The notes under the pieces are model-generated. The model did not search any database. It was not told the origin of the DNA and was given only the letters and a program-made list of their open reading frames with translations. From Amoebidium appalachense (Eukaryota > Protista > Ichthyosporea), in contig CAVNZM010000001.1 in assembly GCA_963693365.1 (NCBI GenBank), forward strand, positions 14,122,418 through 14,186,417: a stretch of DNA of 64,000 nt, given 5' to 3'. Of this stretch, positions 38,482 to 52,246 are shown one piece after another (positions within the stretch are counted from its first letter, which is position 1; each line of letters begins with the position of its first letter). The position numbers and the translations under genes were made by a program.

Positions 38482-39770
38482 CTTCTCCCCGGTACCCTAC
38501 CCACCCACCCACCCCCTGTCACCCACGCACATACACAGGAACACATGTTGCCTCATATCATGGTCGTAAACTTTAATTTTTTGGGAGTTTTAATTGCATG
38601 AACATCGGGTGATGGGATTGATGTCCCCAGGAATTATAGAACTTCTGAAACATATGCCGCTGGGGGGAAAGGTGGATAGGAGGGGTTTATATGAAAAAGG
38701 TGCTGCACGGTACGTGAGGGAAGGGATGGGGCAGCGGCAACAACCAGTGTGTGGGGTCGGGCTGGAAGGGGGGGGGAACAGTGTTTCTTATATATGTTTA
38801 GGGAGAAGCCAGCCCCCCCAAAACCCCTCAACATAAATGGCTGTCGAGTCTTCAATCCCTCCTCCTCCCTCCCCCGCCTCCCCCACCCAGCCCCCTTCTC
38901 TCCTCCTTCCAACACCAATTTCTTCCGAACTCCCTTCCCCTTCCCCTTCTCCCCCCAAAACCCTCCCCACCCCAAAAAACCCCTCTGCTGCAAAAAAACA
39001 AAATCCTCCCCGTCACCCTCCCCCTCCTCCCCCCCCCCCCCCCCCCCCTCTCCTCCCCCCTCCCCCCCTTCCCCCTCTTCCACCTCCCAGGCCCTGAATG
39101 ACCACCACATCTACCTCGAAGGGACCCTCCTCAAACCCAACATGGTGTGCCCGGGGGTGGACTCTCCCAAAAAGGCAACAGTGGAACAAGTTGCTCTCGC
39201 CACGGTCATGGTGCTCCGCCGCACCGTGCCCGTTGCCGTGCCCGGGGTGACTTTCTTGTCCGGGGGCCAGAGTGAGGTGGAGGCCAGTGCTCACCTTCAG
39301 GCCATCAACACGGTGCAACTGCACCGCCCTTGGGCTCTGACTTTCTCCTTTGGGCGTGCACTGCAGGTGTAAATATGCACGAGATCGTGCAGCCCCCCCC
39401 CCCTCCCCCCCCCCCCCTCCCCCCCCCCCCCCCCCTCTCCCAACCCACAACCTGCAACCACCACAACCACCACACACCCCAACACCACCACATGCATACA
39501 CACACCACCCCACCCCCTCCATCACCCTACCCCTCCGCCATTATCCGTCTCCCCTCACACTCCCCCCCCCCCCCCCCCCCCCCCCCCAAAAGCCTCATCA
39601 CAATCCACCCCCCCCCCCCCCCCCCTTTTTCCGTCCCTTCCCTCTTCCCCCCCCCCCAACCTTCCCCCTCGCTCTCACAATACATGCATGCCGTCATGAA
39701 TAATCTAGATTAGGTTGAGCCACTAGATAGCTGGATTGTACTCACTCACATACACTATGCTTTTACGGCA

Positions 39771-39809
<39 letters not shown>

Positions 39810-40128
39810 CACGGCAATACACACTCCCCTCCCCTCCCCCCCCCCCCCCCCCCCCCCCCCAACACACGCGCGCGCACACACACGCGCGCGCGCGCACACA
39901 CACACACACACGCGCGCGGACACACACATGCACACACACACACACGTGCAGGCATCTTGCCTCAAGGCATGGCAGGGCAAGGTCAAGAACATTCCAACAG
40001 CCAAGCATGCATTCCTGAAGCGGGCAACAGCCAATGGGGCCGCGGCGCTCGGGAAATACGACAAGAGCATGGAGGGGGAGGGGGAGGCGGGCAGTGAGAG
40101 CCTGTACCAGAAGTCATACAAGTATTAA
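35092..40128 (+). CDS. FBA: Fructose-bisphosphate aldolase, class I (~372 aa)
   Basis: Exons 35092-35240, 35942-36137, 37194-37364, 38140-38289, 39091-39366 and 39952-40128. Motifs [49 protein letters not shown] (Schiff-base Lys), [16 protein letters not shown] and a C-terminal Tyr. A 5'UTR intron (donor near 34060, acceptor 35090) is possible. Confidence 0.97.
35236..35380 (+). repeat. ~32-bp minisatellite (about 4.5 units) starting at the aldolase intron 1 donor
   Basis: Units of the form AG-G(T/C)A(C/A)ATGTTGC(A/T)T…CCC(C)TTTAAA. Confidence 0.85.
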
Positions 40129-40593
40129 TGAGGAGATAGAGGGAATGTTTGTGTGTGTGTGTGGGGGGGGTGAAGGGGGGGGTAGAGGGGGGGGGGGGGG
40201 ATAAAGTTACCGAGGAGATTGCGCCACGGAGGGCTCGGGGGAGGGGGGCGGAGGGGGAAGAAGGGCTCAGGTGAGGGTTGGCAACACGTGTCCCGTTGCT
40301 TTTGGATTAGACGAAATATCACCGATAACGTAAAAATCGTTGGATATTTTTGAAAACATCATACATGGTCACTGTGTGACCCCGGATTGTGACGGGGTGG
40401 CTTTTTATGAAAGGACCTACCACTTCTGCGAGAAAAATATCGAAAATATAAATGCTACCAGGCCAATCGGAAGTTACCGCTTGCATGTACGAGCTGTATA
40501 CAACGATGTCATCGTGCCCAACCCCCCCCCCCCCCCCCCCCCCCTCCCCCCTGCCCTTTCCCCCCGCCCCCCTATATACTACAATGTGATCGT

Positions 40594-40636
<43 letters not shown>

Positions 40637-42010
40637 CCCCACCCGCGGAAAAAAAAAAAAAACCCCCCGCACGCATGCACGCAGGCACGCATGCACACAC
40701 CACTACCACCGTGCACATACACGCCATCGAAAGATAATATGCCCGCCTACCCTCCTTGAGCTCTCTCTGTCCCCCCCCCCCCCCCTCCCCTCCCCCCCCC
40801 CCCACACACACACACACACACGCGCAAATACGCACACGCGCGCGCACACACATGCACACATGCACACAAGCACACGCACACACATCACTTGGGGGGCCAA
40901 ACTTATTTGTCTCTCCCCCTCCCCTTCATCTCTGCCCCTTTCTACTTATGTCCCCTTGTAGAAACCCCTTCCATCCATTTACGCCTGCATCACATCCCCC
41001 CCCCCCCCCCCCCCCCCGCGCTGTATACTGCGATGTGATCGTGCCCCCCCCCCCCCCCCCCCCCCCCACGCACACACCCACGCACACACGCGCACCACCA
41101 CCACGCAAACACACACACCATGGAAAAATAATGATTGTGCTGCTTAATGTTTCAAAGAACTAAAGCACAAGAATCCTCAAGTACCAGACAAGACCACTTG
41201 AGTTCAACAAATTACTCACTAAACTATTTACAACAAATGCACACACAAACTACACAACCGCTACACGAAAATAATCAATCAGCCTGAGGCACACACCAGC
41301 GCACACAGGGACGCGCACAAACGCAAGCACACATACACGTACACAACCAGACAGGCACATGAATAGTGTGACACCTACAAGCAGCCCTATTTTCCAAAGC
41401 GTGCACAATACCCACATACATCTACTAATGTTCCTTCGTTTATCAATGGCTGCAGCTGCTGCAAGAAATTCGAAAGAGGAAACATTACAGGCAAGAAAAA
41501 AAAAAGGTCCGTGCACAGTGGGGGTAAGGAGGCAGAGTGGGCCGGCAGGAGAGGGGGGCGGGTGGCGGAAATGGTGGTGGTGGCGGTGGTGGTGGGGGTG
41601 GGGGATGGGCGGGGGTTGGGGTGGGGGGGGGTGGGGGGGGGGACGGACGGACGGGTTTGCCTGTGGATCGCGGACCACTGGCACTGAAAGACTCAAAATT
41701 GTTGCAGTGATTCAAAAATGGATATGAAAGGGACATGAAAAGGATGAATTGGGGGAGGGGAGGGAGGAGGCGGAGCATGAGTTTGTAGTGATCACATATG
41801 TAAGGATGAATTCTAGATTGCATTAGTCGTGGCTAGCATCACAACAAAACAAAACGCAAAAGGTTTTGGAGCGTTGTTGAAAAAACATTCGTTTAATTTA
41901 TACGGGAAGTTCTACAGCACTTGAGAATCTGTGCATTGTGTTGAAGAGAAAGGGTCAGCCACACGAGTTTCGAGGGGGATCGATGAGATCCCACTGAGGG
42001 GATGCTCCCT

Positions 42011-42090
<80 letters not shown>

Positions 42091-42223
42091 ACACACCGTG
42101 GCAGTCCCAAATTATGATACCAAACAACTCGCTTCCTGCTTTTACCAAAAAGATATACACCTTTTGTGCTTAAACATCCTCCCTCTCAGTTAGATGCAAT
42201 GCTCGCTGCGAAAACGTGTAGCT

Positions 42224-43000
42224 TGTAAAGTATCCTCACGGACACTTCAGTGTAAAATGTATGTGTATGAGTGTAAACGGGGTTCACTCTGAACTGGATT
42301 TCAGAGGATCGATGCGTGCGTTTATATACGGATGGTCGACCCGGACAAGATTACTTGACCAATTACACAACTCCCTAGCCGACCAATCATATTACAGATT
42401 AGTACAGGGCTAGTAATTACTGTGTGTGACTACTTGGTCTCTTGCCGGTTCTAACACTCATATATAATCTTTACTGCTGCATGACTTATGACTTACACAG
42501 CCCCGAAATATACTCCAAATAAACAGGTACCAGTACTTTTCCTGTTTATGACTTTGGTTACCAGTTACCTTTCGGAGTGCTGTCTCTCTCACATGTGTAA
42601 CTGCAGGTTTACAACGACCACTCATTGCAGCTGGACTTTACCGGGATGCCCTCAACATGACTGGTCGAATATGAGACTCCCCAATCACTCACAACCTGCT
42701 TGTTAGTTATTCGTTCTCTATGGCCGCAGCATTTACGTGTTCCAATCAACACAGAAGAGGCCATAAGTGTCCACTCACGCGAGTCTCACTGTAGTTCGTT
42801 TCCAAGTAACCGAACATATGTAATTGTATTTGATCATCCGATTGGAAAAGCAGATATAACATTTATGATTGGCTCATTCATCAGCAAACGCCGACATCTG
42901 ACTGGATGAGCCGGCACCGACGAATTGTAAATAAAGCAAATAGATCTGAATAGATCTGAATCGATCGATTGACACGAATGCTCGCCGCGGAGACATAACA
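42224..43000 (-). mobile_element. Putative 3' LTR of the Gypsy element (left boundary approximate)
   Basis: On the minus strand a polypurine tract GAGGGGGGGA lies just upstream of TGTTATG at 43000. A candidate …TACA end is at 42224 (alternatives near 42217, 42251 and 42272). The interval is free of microsatellites. Confidence 0.6.
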
Positions 43001-43049
43001 ATCCCCCCCTCAGCAGGAAATCTGAGCTCCGACGAAGAAGAGACAAAGT

Positions 43050-44360
43050 TTAACACATCGATTCAAGTTTCTTTTCCCGCCGTGGGAACAGAACATCGCG
43101 CAACTGCCGTCGTCGTAAAAGACGAGCCGTGCGTGCATCTGTAGCATTTGGTGTCGAGTTAACACTCACCGACTGAGTGACGTCGACCTGTTTGTCTACC
43201 CGTGGTGTTTTTGGATTTCTAGGAACAACAACCTTAGGATGAGAAGGTTGTCTAACTACCCGACGTTCGTATGCTTGGATTAACTCTGGGCACCATAATA
43301 AAGACTCTGGACGCCACTGATTGAAAGCCGTGTCGTAGCCTGCAAATTTGACTCGATAATAAGTGGTTGCATGGCCGTTGACTGTAACTACTTTCTTATC
43401 CAAAATTTTCTCTACCGTGGTGTCCATGCCACCTAACTCTGGAATACCGTTATGCTGGGTGTTAGGACACTGAGAAAACGTCGAAAGAGCACGGAAGGCA
43501 AATTCGTGGTAAGCCTTAATGTCGTCGACGTTATACTGGCGAATATCGTGCTCATTCACCGTATGCCGGAGTTTGTATTCAGTACTACCTATCCGGGCTA
43601 ACACTATATATGGACCCAAGAACCGTGGTCTCCATTTCTTCACGGGGCCTTAGCACGGGTGAAATTCCTAACCAACACCTTACTGCCCACTTTAAAAGTA
43701 CGGAGAGGAATGTTAGTGTTAGTGCTGTTAGTAAGAGATTCATGTGCTTGCTCTGTACGTTGCCGTGCCACTTCACGGGCATGCAAAACTCGAGCCAACA
43801 CCTCCTCCCTATACTTAGTCCACTCTTCCATACGGAGAGGACCAGAGAAGGCAGGAAGCATACTCACATCTAAGAACTCGGTACACTCCTGACCATGCAC
43901 AAGAAAATACGGAGAAAAACCAGTGATAGCATTAGGTGTGGTACGATAAGCATGCACCACAAAAGGAAGTACACTATCCCAGTCAGCGTGCTCCATATCC
44001 ACATATTTTGCTAAACACGATTGAAACACTGCATGTGCACGTTCAGCAACGCCATTTGCTTGAGGGTGGTAAGCAGACGTATGCAACAATGACACACCCA
44101 ACAGTTTACACACCTCACTCATTATTTCAGACAAAAATGAGCTACCCCTATCACTTAACACAGAACGGGGGGGGCCAAAACGAAGACAAACATGATGCAA
44201 AAACACACGTGCCAACGTCACTGCATCACTTGAACGAATAGGGACAGTTTCAGTCCAACGTGTAGCTAAATCAGTGAGAGTAACAATATAATGATTACCC
44301 TGCACTGTTTCGGGGAAAGGCCCCATCACATCCATAGCTACCCGTTCAAAAGCCTTAATA
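43050..44360 (-). mobile_element. 5'-truncated Ty3/Gypsy chromovirus-type pol remnant: integrase core, GPY/F and chromodomain
   Basis: AFERVAMDVMGPF…D…SDRGSSF…TSAYHPQANGVAER…YRTTPNAITGFSPYFLVHG; one frameshift near 43640; KKWRPRFLGPY; chromodomain VEKILDKK…YYRVKFAGYDTAFNQWRPES…ELIQAYE. No RT, RNase H or gag in the window. Confidence 0.93.
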
Positions 44361-44877
44361 AAAGTACCATGATACTACATCGTCTTCTGTACGAGACTCA
44401 AGTCTAGTTTGTCAAAAAGGGGGCAGGAAAAGAGGGGGAGGGGGTGGGGAAAGGGGGAGGGGGGGCCCGGGATGTCATGATGCACACTGTCAAAGTGAAA
44501 GAGGATGAACACCGTTATAGTGTGTTTTAAAAATTTTTAATTGCAGTTGCCCAGCAACCACTGTTGCTCCGCAAAGCACCGACATAGAAGGCCCAGTTCT
44601 GCCTCCCAGGCCTTCAGCTAGGAACAACACCAATACTTCTCCCCCTCACCACCAGTACTAAGCGGTGGCGATTGGCAGGTTCAATGCTAGCCAACGAGAG
44701 CAGGCAGTTACTACCGTTTATCTACCTGTTCAAATGCCAACATCTTATCATCTGAGAAAGCCGCCAACATCCCATATAGCATGTATACAGCAATATCGGC
44801 TTTGACTTCTACCCATCCACCAAGCGCACCGCATTATATGCGTGGGAAGAAAAAAAGAGTTGCCCCATTGTGCCAAC

Positions 44878-46729
44878 TTAGACCCGAAAGAAGAAAGCCA
44901 AAGCAGCCGCACACAGTGCAACCACCGACACAGTCGTCTTTGAAGCCCCGCTTGTAGTCTGGGCAGCCTCCGTCGTCGAAGGGACAGCGCTGGTGCCACT
45001 ATGACGAATGGACGTGGTGGTGGCTGGGGACCCGGAGCCGGTGGCGGTGGCAGAGCCAGTGGCCGTGGAGCTGCCGGTGGCGGTTTGAGACCCGGAAGTA
45101 GTGGTTCCGTTGGTTGTGCCGTTGGCTGCGGTGCAAGGAAACAGGTGAGTGGGGAAGATATGTGTATTCCCAGCAGATGGAGTTCTGATAATGTAGATGC
45201 AGGTTTCAGTTATTTGTGCAGTTTTAGTTATTTGTACACGTGCACGAGCGGAGTTGCCGTGGCCCACACAGGAACAACACCGGCGGTGTACAAGATTCGA
45301 AAGCACATGTGCACGACTCCGTGTGTGCGTTTTGAGTGTAGTGTATCTGTGTGTGCATGCGGGCATGAGGGACGTGAGAGAAAGGGAGAGAGAGAGGGAT
45401 TGTGTGTGAGAGAGAACAATTGAAAGTACCTCTGCGCTGTGAGCAAGAGAAAGCATCACTGAATTGGAGAGAGCCAGCTAGTACTGATGCTTCATTTATA
45501 AGGGTGCTTTTTCCAGTGTCTTCAAAAAAAAAAAAAAAGAAGAGTATCTTACCCGCAGTGAAGCGCAGGTTGACGGGGCCGACCACATCCACCTCCACGG
45601 TCACACACTCGTTCTCCTCGGCCTCGGCAGTCACAATTGGCTCACCCGTGCAGTTGCTGGCGGCAAACACATTCAACGTGTACGTCGTGCCGGTCTGTGT
45701 GTGCAAATAACACGCGGTCAGTGAGATATGCAGCTTGACACGTCTTGTATAGTACATTAACCTACACCAAGAGGAAAGGATATTGACAGAATAAAGGCTA
45801 AGAAACCAGGGCATGGTCATGGGCACGGGGGAAGGCATGAGGTGGGGAAACATGCATAGGGCGAGGCTGAAGACTGGATGGATGGAGGGTGCACGTGGTG
45901 GCAGGGTTGAGTGAGAAAGAAGAAGAGAGAACAACCAAAGTGAAACTAACAATAGACGAAGGTACAGCAGAAAAGCTTTTGGCAAATTCTACAAGAAGTA
46001 CAATGTGATGCACAATAACAATGCTATCTACCCATACCAATTTTGAGCTACGGGGGGTTGAGCCTCCGAGTCATCCAAATTCCACTGGCCAATACAAGTG
46101 GAACACCGTACCTTGTTAAGGGTGGCAAAGCTGCCCATTGGGGCTGGGGCGCAGATGCCAGTATTGGGGGTGGCGGCAGTGCAGGTGCCGTTGACTGAGC
46201 ACGCAGCATCGTCGTAGTAGCATGCCTGGTCGGCTATGGCGAGGCCTGCAGGGGACAGAAGAAACATGAGAAATGTGGAAATGCAGTATGTAGAGTGATG
46301 AGCCTATTAGTAAAACAGAGGGAGTGCATGCAAATGAACAAAGCACACACCTGTGACGCTGATTTTGGTGGTGTCACCGTAGTGGTGTCACCGTAGCAAT
46401 GCTAGCTAATATTACCAGGTTAGATGAATGATGCAAACAGCAAGTTGCACATGTTAAAAAAAGTTGTTCAAGAAGGCAATAAAGTCGGGGGATATTTGGT
46501 AAAAAAAAAAGGAGCTTGCCAAAGCTAGATAGCGTAAAACCACTTTGGAGGAAGCCGCAAGTGCAGGGGAAAAGGGCAGGTGGCAATGCACTCGTGCTAC
46601 TTTCCACACCTTTTAGACATTGTAAGTAACGAGTCGCGCATTGCCTGCTGCAACACACGCCTAGTCAGTTCACGAGTTTCACTCACCAGCCAGGGCAGCA
46701 ACGAAAAGAGAGCTTAAGAAAGCCTTCAT
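44878..46729 (-). CDS. Small secreted, probably GPI-anchored Cys-rich plus Ser/Thr-rich glycoprotein (~188 aa), family unrecognised
   Basis: Exons 46729-46687 (signal peptide MKAFLSSLFVAALA), 46245-46112, 45694-45553 and 45125-44878, all phase-compatible GT-AG. Six Cys in the N-terminal domain, several N-x-T sequons, a TATGS-rich stalk and a hydrophobic C-terminus SGASKTTVSVVALCAAALAFFFRV. Confidence 0.85.
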
Positions 46730-47959
46730 TTTCAAGTTTTCCCCTTTGACGGAAGAGTAGTTACAAGACTCAAAAATTTGCGTATACAAAGTGCGTCAAA
46801 GGGAGTGCGAGGGCTGATATGAATATCTCGCACATCAAGGTGCCTTTTTATACCTTCTCGAAATCCTGGGCATGCGCCCGGAAGATAGCGAAGCGTCAGA
46901 AGAGTGCAAACGTTTGGGGTCATGACATGACGCTAGCACAAGCGTATTCGCTGAAAGTTTGGATTAAAAGTTAAGCACACTGTTGGTGTCAAGAGTTCAC
47001 AGGCTGCAAATTCTTACGGTCTGAGAGGGTGTGTGAAGGCGTACAGAGCCGGGTGATAAAGGCTTAATGCAAATCAGCCTCTGCATGCATCACGCGTATG
47101 CACGTCGTGGCACCACTGCTCCACGGTGGACAACTGCATGTATCATATGTCGACTGTCCCCAAAGAACTGCTAAGGAAGATGTACGCAGTAGGTAATGTT
47201 CGAGCTATACTATATATATGTATATCTGGCTGGACCCGGATGCACTTAATATGATGCTCAGAACTCTGCATGCACACAGTAGGGGATATGTATGTTTGTA
47301 AGTACTATGGACGGCTAGAGACATGCATATATGGCCGCTGATGACGTCACGATTCTCACACAACCACATGCCGAACTGGTCACACACCCAGTCTGTGCTC
47401 ATTTGTTCGCGTTTATTATGTATCGGAGTTCATATGCAGTTGCCCATCCACGCAATATTTTTTCATGTACATCTAAGAATTCTTCTAAGAATAGGGAAAG
47501 ATTTAGCTTTTCAGCTACAATATATCCACTTGAGATAGCTTTGTGTGCGGGCAGCAAGGGTGAGTTGAGGTTGAAGGCAGTCACTTCTTCCCATCTGAAA
47601 CAGAAGCAAACGTTGCTGACACCCACTTTGCAGATTCAACCAACCAAAATGTGCCACTCTTATCACCGCGCGATCAGTTTACGCGTAGTAGCCATATTTA
47701 GGCATAGTTTGCTCCTACTGAGCCACGGTCAGCCACCCACCTCGGAGTCTGCGTTCGTGTACTGTAGGTGTACGAGAAAGAGCGTGACTGTGGCAAGCCA
47801 AAAAAAAATCACAAGAAGAGAGGTAACTTCAAGTTATTCAGTCGAATATACACACACGAACACACACTCGTTCACTCTACCCCCAACACACCGGCCCAAA
47901 CCAACCTTCATGGCTTTTCCCACTCGGTAGCTTGTACCAAACAAGGTGCCACACACAAC

Positions 47960-49195
47960 ATGTTTACGTGGAAGCAAAAGCGGCCCGCTAGTGGGGAGTG
48001 GGTCGCTGCCGTGTTAGCTGAGAGCAGTGATGATGACGAGCCCTACGATGAGTTGTATCACAACCAGGCAGTCAAGCGCGCAAGACGTACGTGTCCCTCG
48101 TTTTCCCACACATCTTTCTTTACATAAGCCAAACGAGAAATCCAACCCCCCCCTCCCCCGCTCCCCGGGCGGACCCCCCCCCGACCATTTTTCTCGTTCT
48201 CTTCTTTGTTTTACCCCCCCCTCCCCCCCCCCCTTTCTCCCCTTTCCCCCCCAACAACCCCGCGCCCCCCCCTCCCCCTCCCCCCTTTCCCCCTCTTCCC
48301 GTAGTCTAACTGTCTATGAGATTCACATACATTTGGGCACAATGTGCCCAAATGTATGTGCGTCTTCCTCTTTGCTTGCACTTCTGAAACTGTGGTTGTT
48401 TCTGCGTCTTGGGTCTTGGAACCTCTCTTCTGCTCAGTTTTTGACTATGAATAGTTAGGTTTTTTTTTCGGAGCCCCCCCCCCCCCCCCCCCCCCTTCCC
48501 CCCCCCCCCCCCCCCCCCCCTCCCCTCCGCTCCCCCCCTTCTCCATCCCTCCCCACCCCCCCCCATCCCCCCACCCAAACACACACCACCACCACCACCG
48601 CACACACGCACACGCACACGCACACGCACACGCACACGCACACGCGCGCGCACGCGCACGCACGCACGCACGCACGCACGAGCCCCACTCCCTTTCTATT
48701 TCTTCTACGCTTTAATTCTTAGATCTCCCCAGTACAGATGTTGTTCAACGCCCTCTACCACCCAGACTTTTTTAAAGTCCCTCTGGTACTTTCTTGTGTG
48801 TTCCTAGTAGCCTTAACCAATTTCTGTACTGTATTATAGTTTATTTCCAGTCGCGATGATTTTAACTTCCTTCGTTTTTCGCTTTGCTCGTCTCAGGCAT
48901 AAAACAAAAAAGTTGTGCAGCATGTGGACATGGTATTACTTATAGACTGTTTAAGGCATCCTGTAGGGTCGGTTTGTGTTTCCTTTACGTCTTCATTTTT
49001 TTTGTGCTCGGACTAACAATAAGACACTCGTATAGTTGCGTTGGAAGACCCTGTTGCGCTGTTTCGAAGGCTGCGTAACGAGGGGGCCACTCTAGCAGCC
49101 GAAGAAAGGTGAGCTTTTTCTCCGTTAACTTCCCCATCTTGCCGCTCCATTCTAGATCTTTAACCCTCCTGACTTGCTCAACTTCCTAGTACCCA

Positions 49196-49229
<34 letters not shown>

Positions 49230-51133
49230 ACCCTCCCCTCCCCCCTCCCCCCCGCACCACCACACCCCCTCCCCGCTCCCTCCTCCCCCCCTCCCCCCTT
49301 TCCAGTCCTTTTCCTCATGCGAAGCTTACCACTCGTCTGCCCTCTCCCCCAACTTCTCTCCCCCCCCCCCCCCACCCCCCCCCTCCCCCTCTCACTCCCC
49401 TGTCTCCTTTCCTCAGTTTTTCATTGGCTTCCTTTTCCTCGCAGCTATATTTCCCTTTCCTCCAGCTCACTAATTCATAATCCCCCCCCCCCCCCCCCCC
49501 CCTTTCTCCCCCCCCCCCCACCTCCCCCCAGGCCCACTTACGGTCCTTCATTGCTTGGGTTTTGTTTGTATGTGCACACATATGGTTGTGGTATGTGTTT
49601 ATTGTCTTCTGCCTGTAAGGAATATCCCGGTCAGAGGTTTTAATGGTACTACGGACGACCATTTTGACTTATCCCACGTGGTGGGCATCCTTTCTCTGCT
49701 TGACGTCCAACGATCATCCCCTGATCTCCTCCTTATACCCTGTCTCGATGGACCGCCTCACAAAATTTCCCCCTCCTCCTCCCCCCCCCCCTCCCCTCCC
49801 CCCCTCCTTCCCGTTCTTCCTCACTCCCCCTCCATTCTCGCTTTCACTGATCAGTCTTTCGTTTGTATCTTTTATATTTGGTAGCGTGTGGTGTATGCTA
49901 ACCTCCCCCCCCCCCCCCCCCCCCCCCCCTCTTCCCCCCCTTGCCTCACTCGTGCCAATTCACTGCCATCCCCTCCCCCTCCCCCCCTCCCCGCTCCCCC
50001 CCATACTCCCCCCCCCCCCCCCCCCCCCCCCCCCCGGCGCCCTCCCGCACCCCGCCATCAAACAAAAACCAACTCTTAATGCAGGTTCAGTGGTGCCATT
50101 GCCAGATTCGACGAGGCTCTTTCCTTGGCTGCCACCATCCCCGCCCCACCCACAATCCTGGCCTTGACTTTGGACCATTTGACTGGGAACTACTCTTGTC
50201 AACCAGTAGGTACCTCTCCCATCCCTCCATTTCTCCACCCCCCCCCCCCCCCCCCCCTTCCCCTTCCTCCCTTTTCCCCTCCCGTCCCCCCCCCCCCCCC
50301 CCCCGTGGGCCCCCCCTGAGGATGGGCTCTGCTTATTATGCATACTCTTTATGTATGGCTTGCATTCTGCATCGTGTTATCCGTTTGTTCTTGTGTACTT
50401 CGTACTTTTTGACGCATTCAAAACCCCCCCCCCCCCCCCCTCCCCCCCCCCCCCCACACCCACCCACCCACCCTTGCGGCTACGGTGTACAGGATGCATG
50501 TATGCTCGTGTTGTCATGTCATTTTGCATTTCAACGTTTTCTCTATGTCATAACTATATAACTTGCCACTCCCCCCCCCCCCCCCCCCTCCCCCCCCCCC
50601 CCCCCCCCCCCCCCTCCCCCATCCAGTTTTTATTTCCAGATTCACTCTTCAACGAAACCCCTTAGTTTCCCTCCTTTTTACTATGATCCTAAACCATTAC
50701 GTTTCCCTCCTATTTCCAAACTTCGTTTGCCGGCCCTTTTCCGCTGCTACCACCTGTCACACCACCACCTACACACACTCCCTTTCGTATCTAGTCACTT
50801 GAAACAGTTTCCCTTCCCCATCCCCCCCCCTCCCCCCCCCCCCCCCCCGTTTCAAGATTTGCCTTTTTCCCTCTGTGCTCACCGCTCCCCCCCCCCCCCC
50901 CCCCTCCCCCCCCTCCCCCCCTTCTTTATCCCTCTTTCCCTCGCTCCCCCTCTTCCTCCCCCTTCTCCCCTCCCCCTCTTTTTCACAGGTGATCGGCAGG
51001 CAGAGATGTGTTTCCAAGTAGCCAGTGCCTACGAGATGAAGGCCCAGGCCCTGTTGGCTGTGGGGGAGTTCTTTCCCGCAGTGCAGGCGGCAGAGGCTGC
51101 AGTGGCCCTGTGCCCAACCTGGGACGAGGTTAA

Positions 51134-51165
<32 letters not shown>

Positions 51166-51202
51166 AAAAAAAACCAAACACACACACAAAAACACACACA
51201 TA

Positions 51203-51239
<37 letters not shown>

Positions 51240-51405
51240 ACACACACGTGGAGCCAATCCTCCCCCCCCCCCCCCTCCCCCCCCCCCTTCCCCCCTTCCC
51301 CTTCCCCCCCAAGCTGTTTTGCCCGTTTGCTTGTTCCGCACTGGGATAGACTTACATTTTTTCATACAAGTGTGGTGTCCTTTTTCAAGAACCTAGGAAG
51401 AGATT

Positions 51406-51447
<42 letters not shown>

Positions 51448-51674
51448 TATTATGCACACACCCTACCATTGATGCCAAAAGCACTATTCCTTTTCTGCCG
51501 TAAAGATGACGTTATTGCATGCAGTGAGATGTAGTGGTGAGGGTGAGTGGTAGCGAGGGGGATATGTCATGTATAGAGGCTGGTTTCGTCTAGAGACTGG
51601 AGAATTCGAATGAGATATCATATGCGTGGAAAGTTACAGCTAACACATCCCCCTTCCTTCCCCCCCCTTCCCCC

Positions 51675-51705
<31 letters not shown>

Positions 51706-51784
51706 AAAAAAAAAAAAAAAAACAGCCGGCGAAAAAGCAAAAAGTAAGCATGCACGCACGCACGCACACACGCACGCACACGCA

Positions 51785-51877
<93 letters not shown>

Positions 51878-52246
51878 CCCCCCCCCCCCCCCCCCCCCCA
51901 TACCTCCCTTTTTCACTTGCAGGGTCGCCAGACGCTCGGTCGTGCGCAGCTCAACTACGGTGAAATCCGCATGGGGCTAGTTTCTGTTGCGCATACCCTC
52001 CACCTCAACCCAATGAACGAAACCGCGTTCTCTGACGACATGCCGTGGGCTATGGACCTGTGGACAAAGGAAAAGGAAAGACTAAGACTGGAGGGGGAGG
52101 GTGTGTGTGTTTGCGTAGGCGGATGTGCGAGGGCGGGTGGGGATGGAGGTGTGTACACGTGCGCGAGCCGGCTGCACGGAAGGAGAGAGCCGGATATGGA
52201 AACTTTGGAGCCTACGGAAGAGCAGTTGAGGGAGTGGGATCTGTAG
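47960..52246 (+). CDS. TTC33: Tetratricopeptide repeat protein 33-like
   Basis: Exons 47960-48086 (MFTWKQK…AVKRAR), 49036-49108 (LED…[13 protein letters not shown]), 50085-50209 (AIARFDEAL), 50989-51128 (YEMKAQALL…[10 protein letters not shown]) and 51923-52246 ([11 protein letters not shown]…LHLNPMN…DDMPWA). The motif order matches animal TTC33. Confidence 0.9.
50305..50423 (+). mobile_element. (C)n-associated retroelement fragment, subfamily B copy 3
   Basis: Essentially identical to the other B copies, with long C-runs on both sides. Confidence 0.8.

Noticed and set aside
41250-42010. Possible small minus-strand exons downstream of the LTR
   Set aside because: AG/GT sites exist, but I could not build a phase-consistent, recognisable protein.
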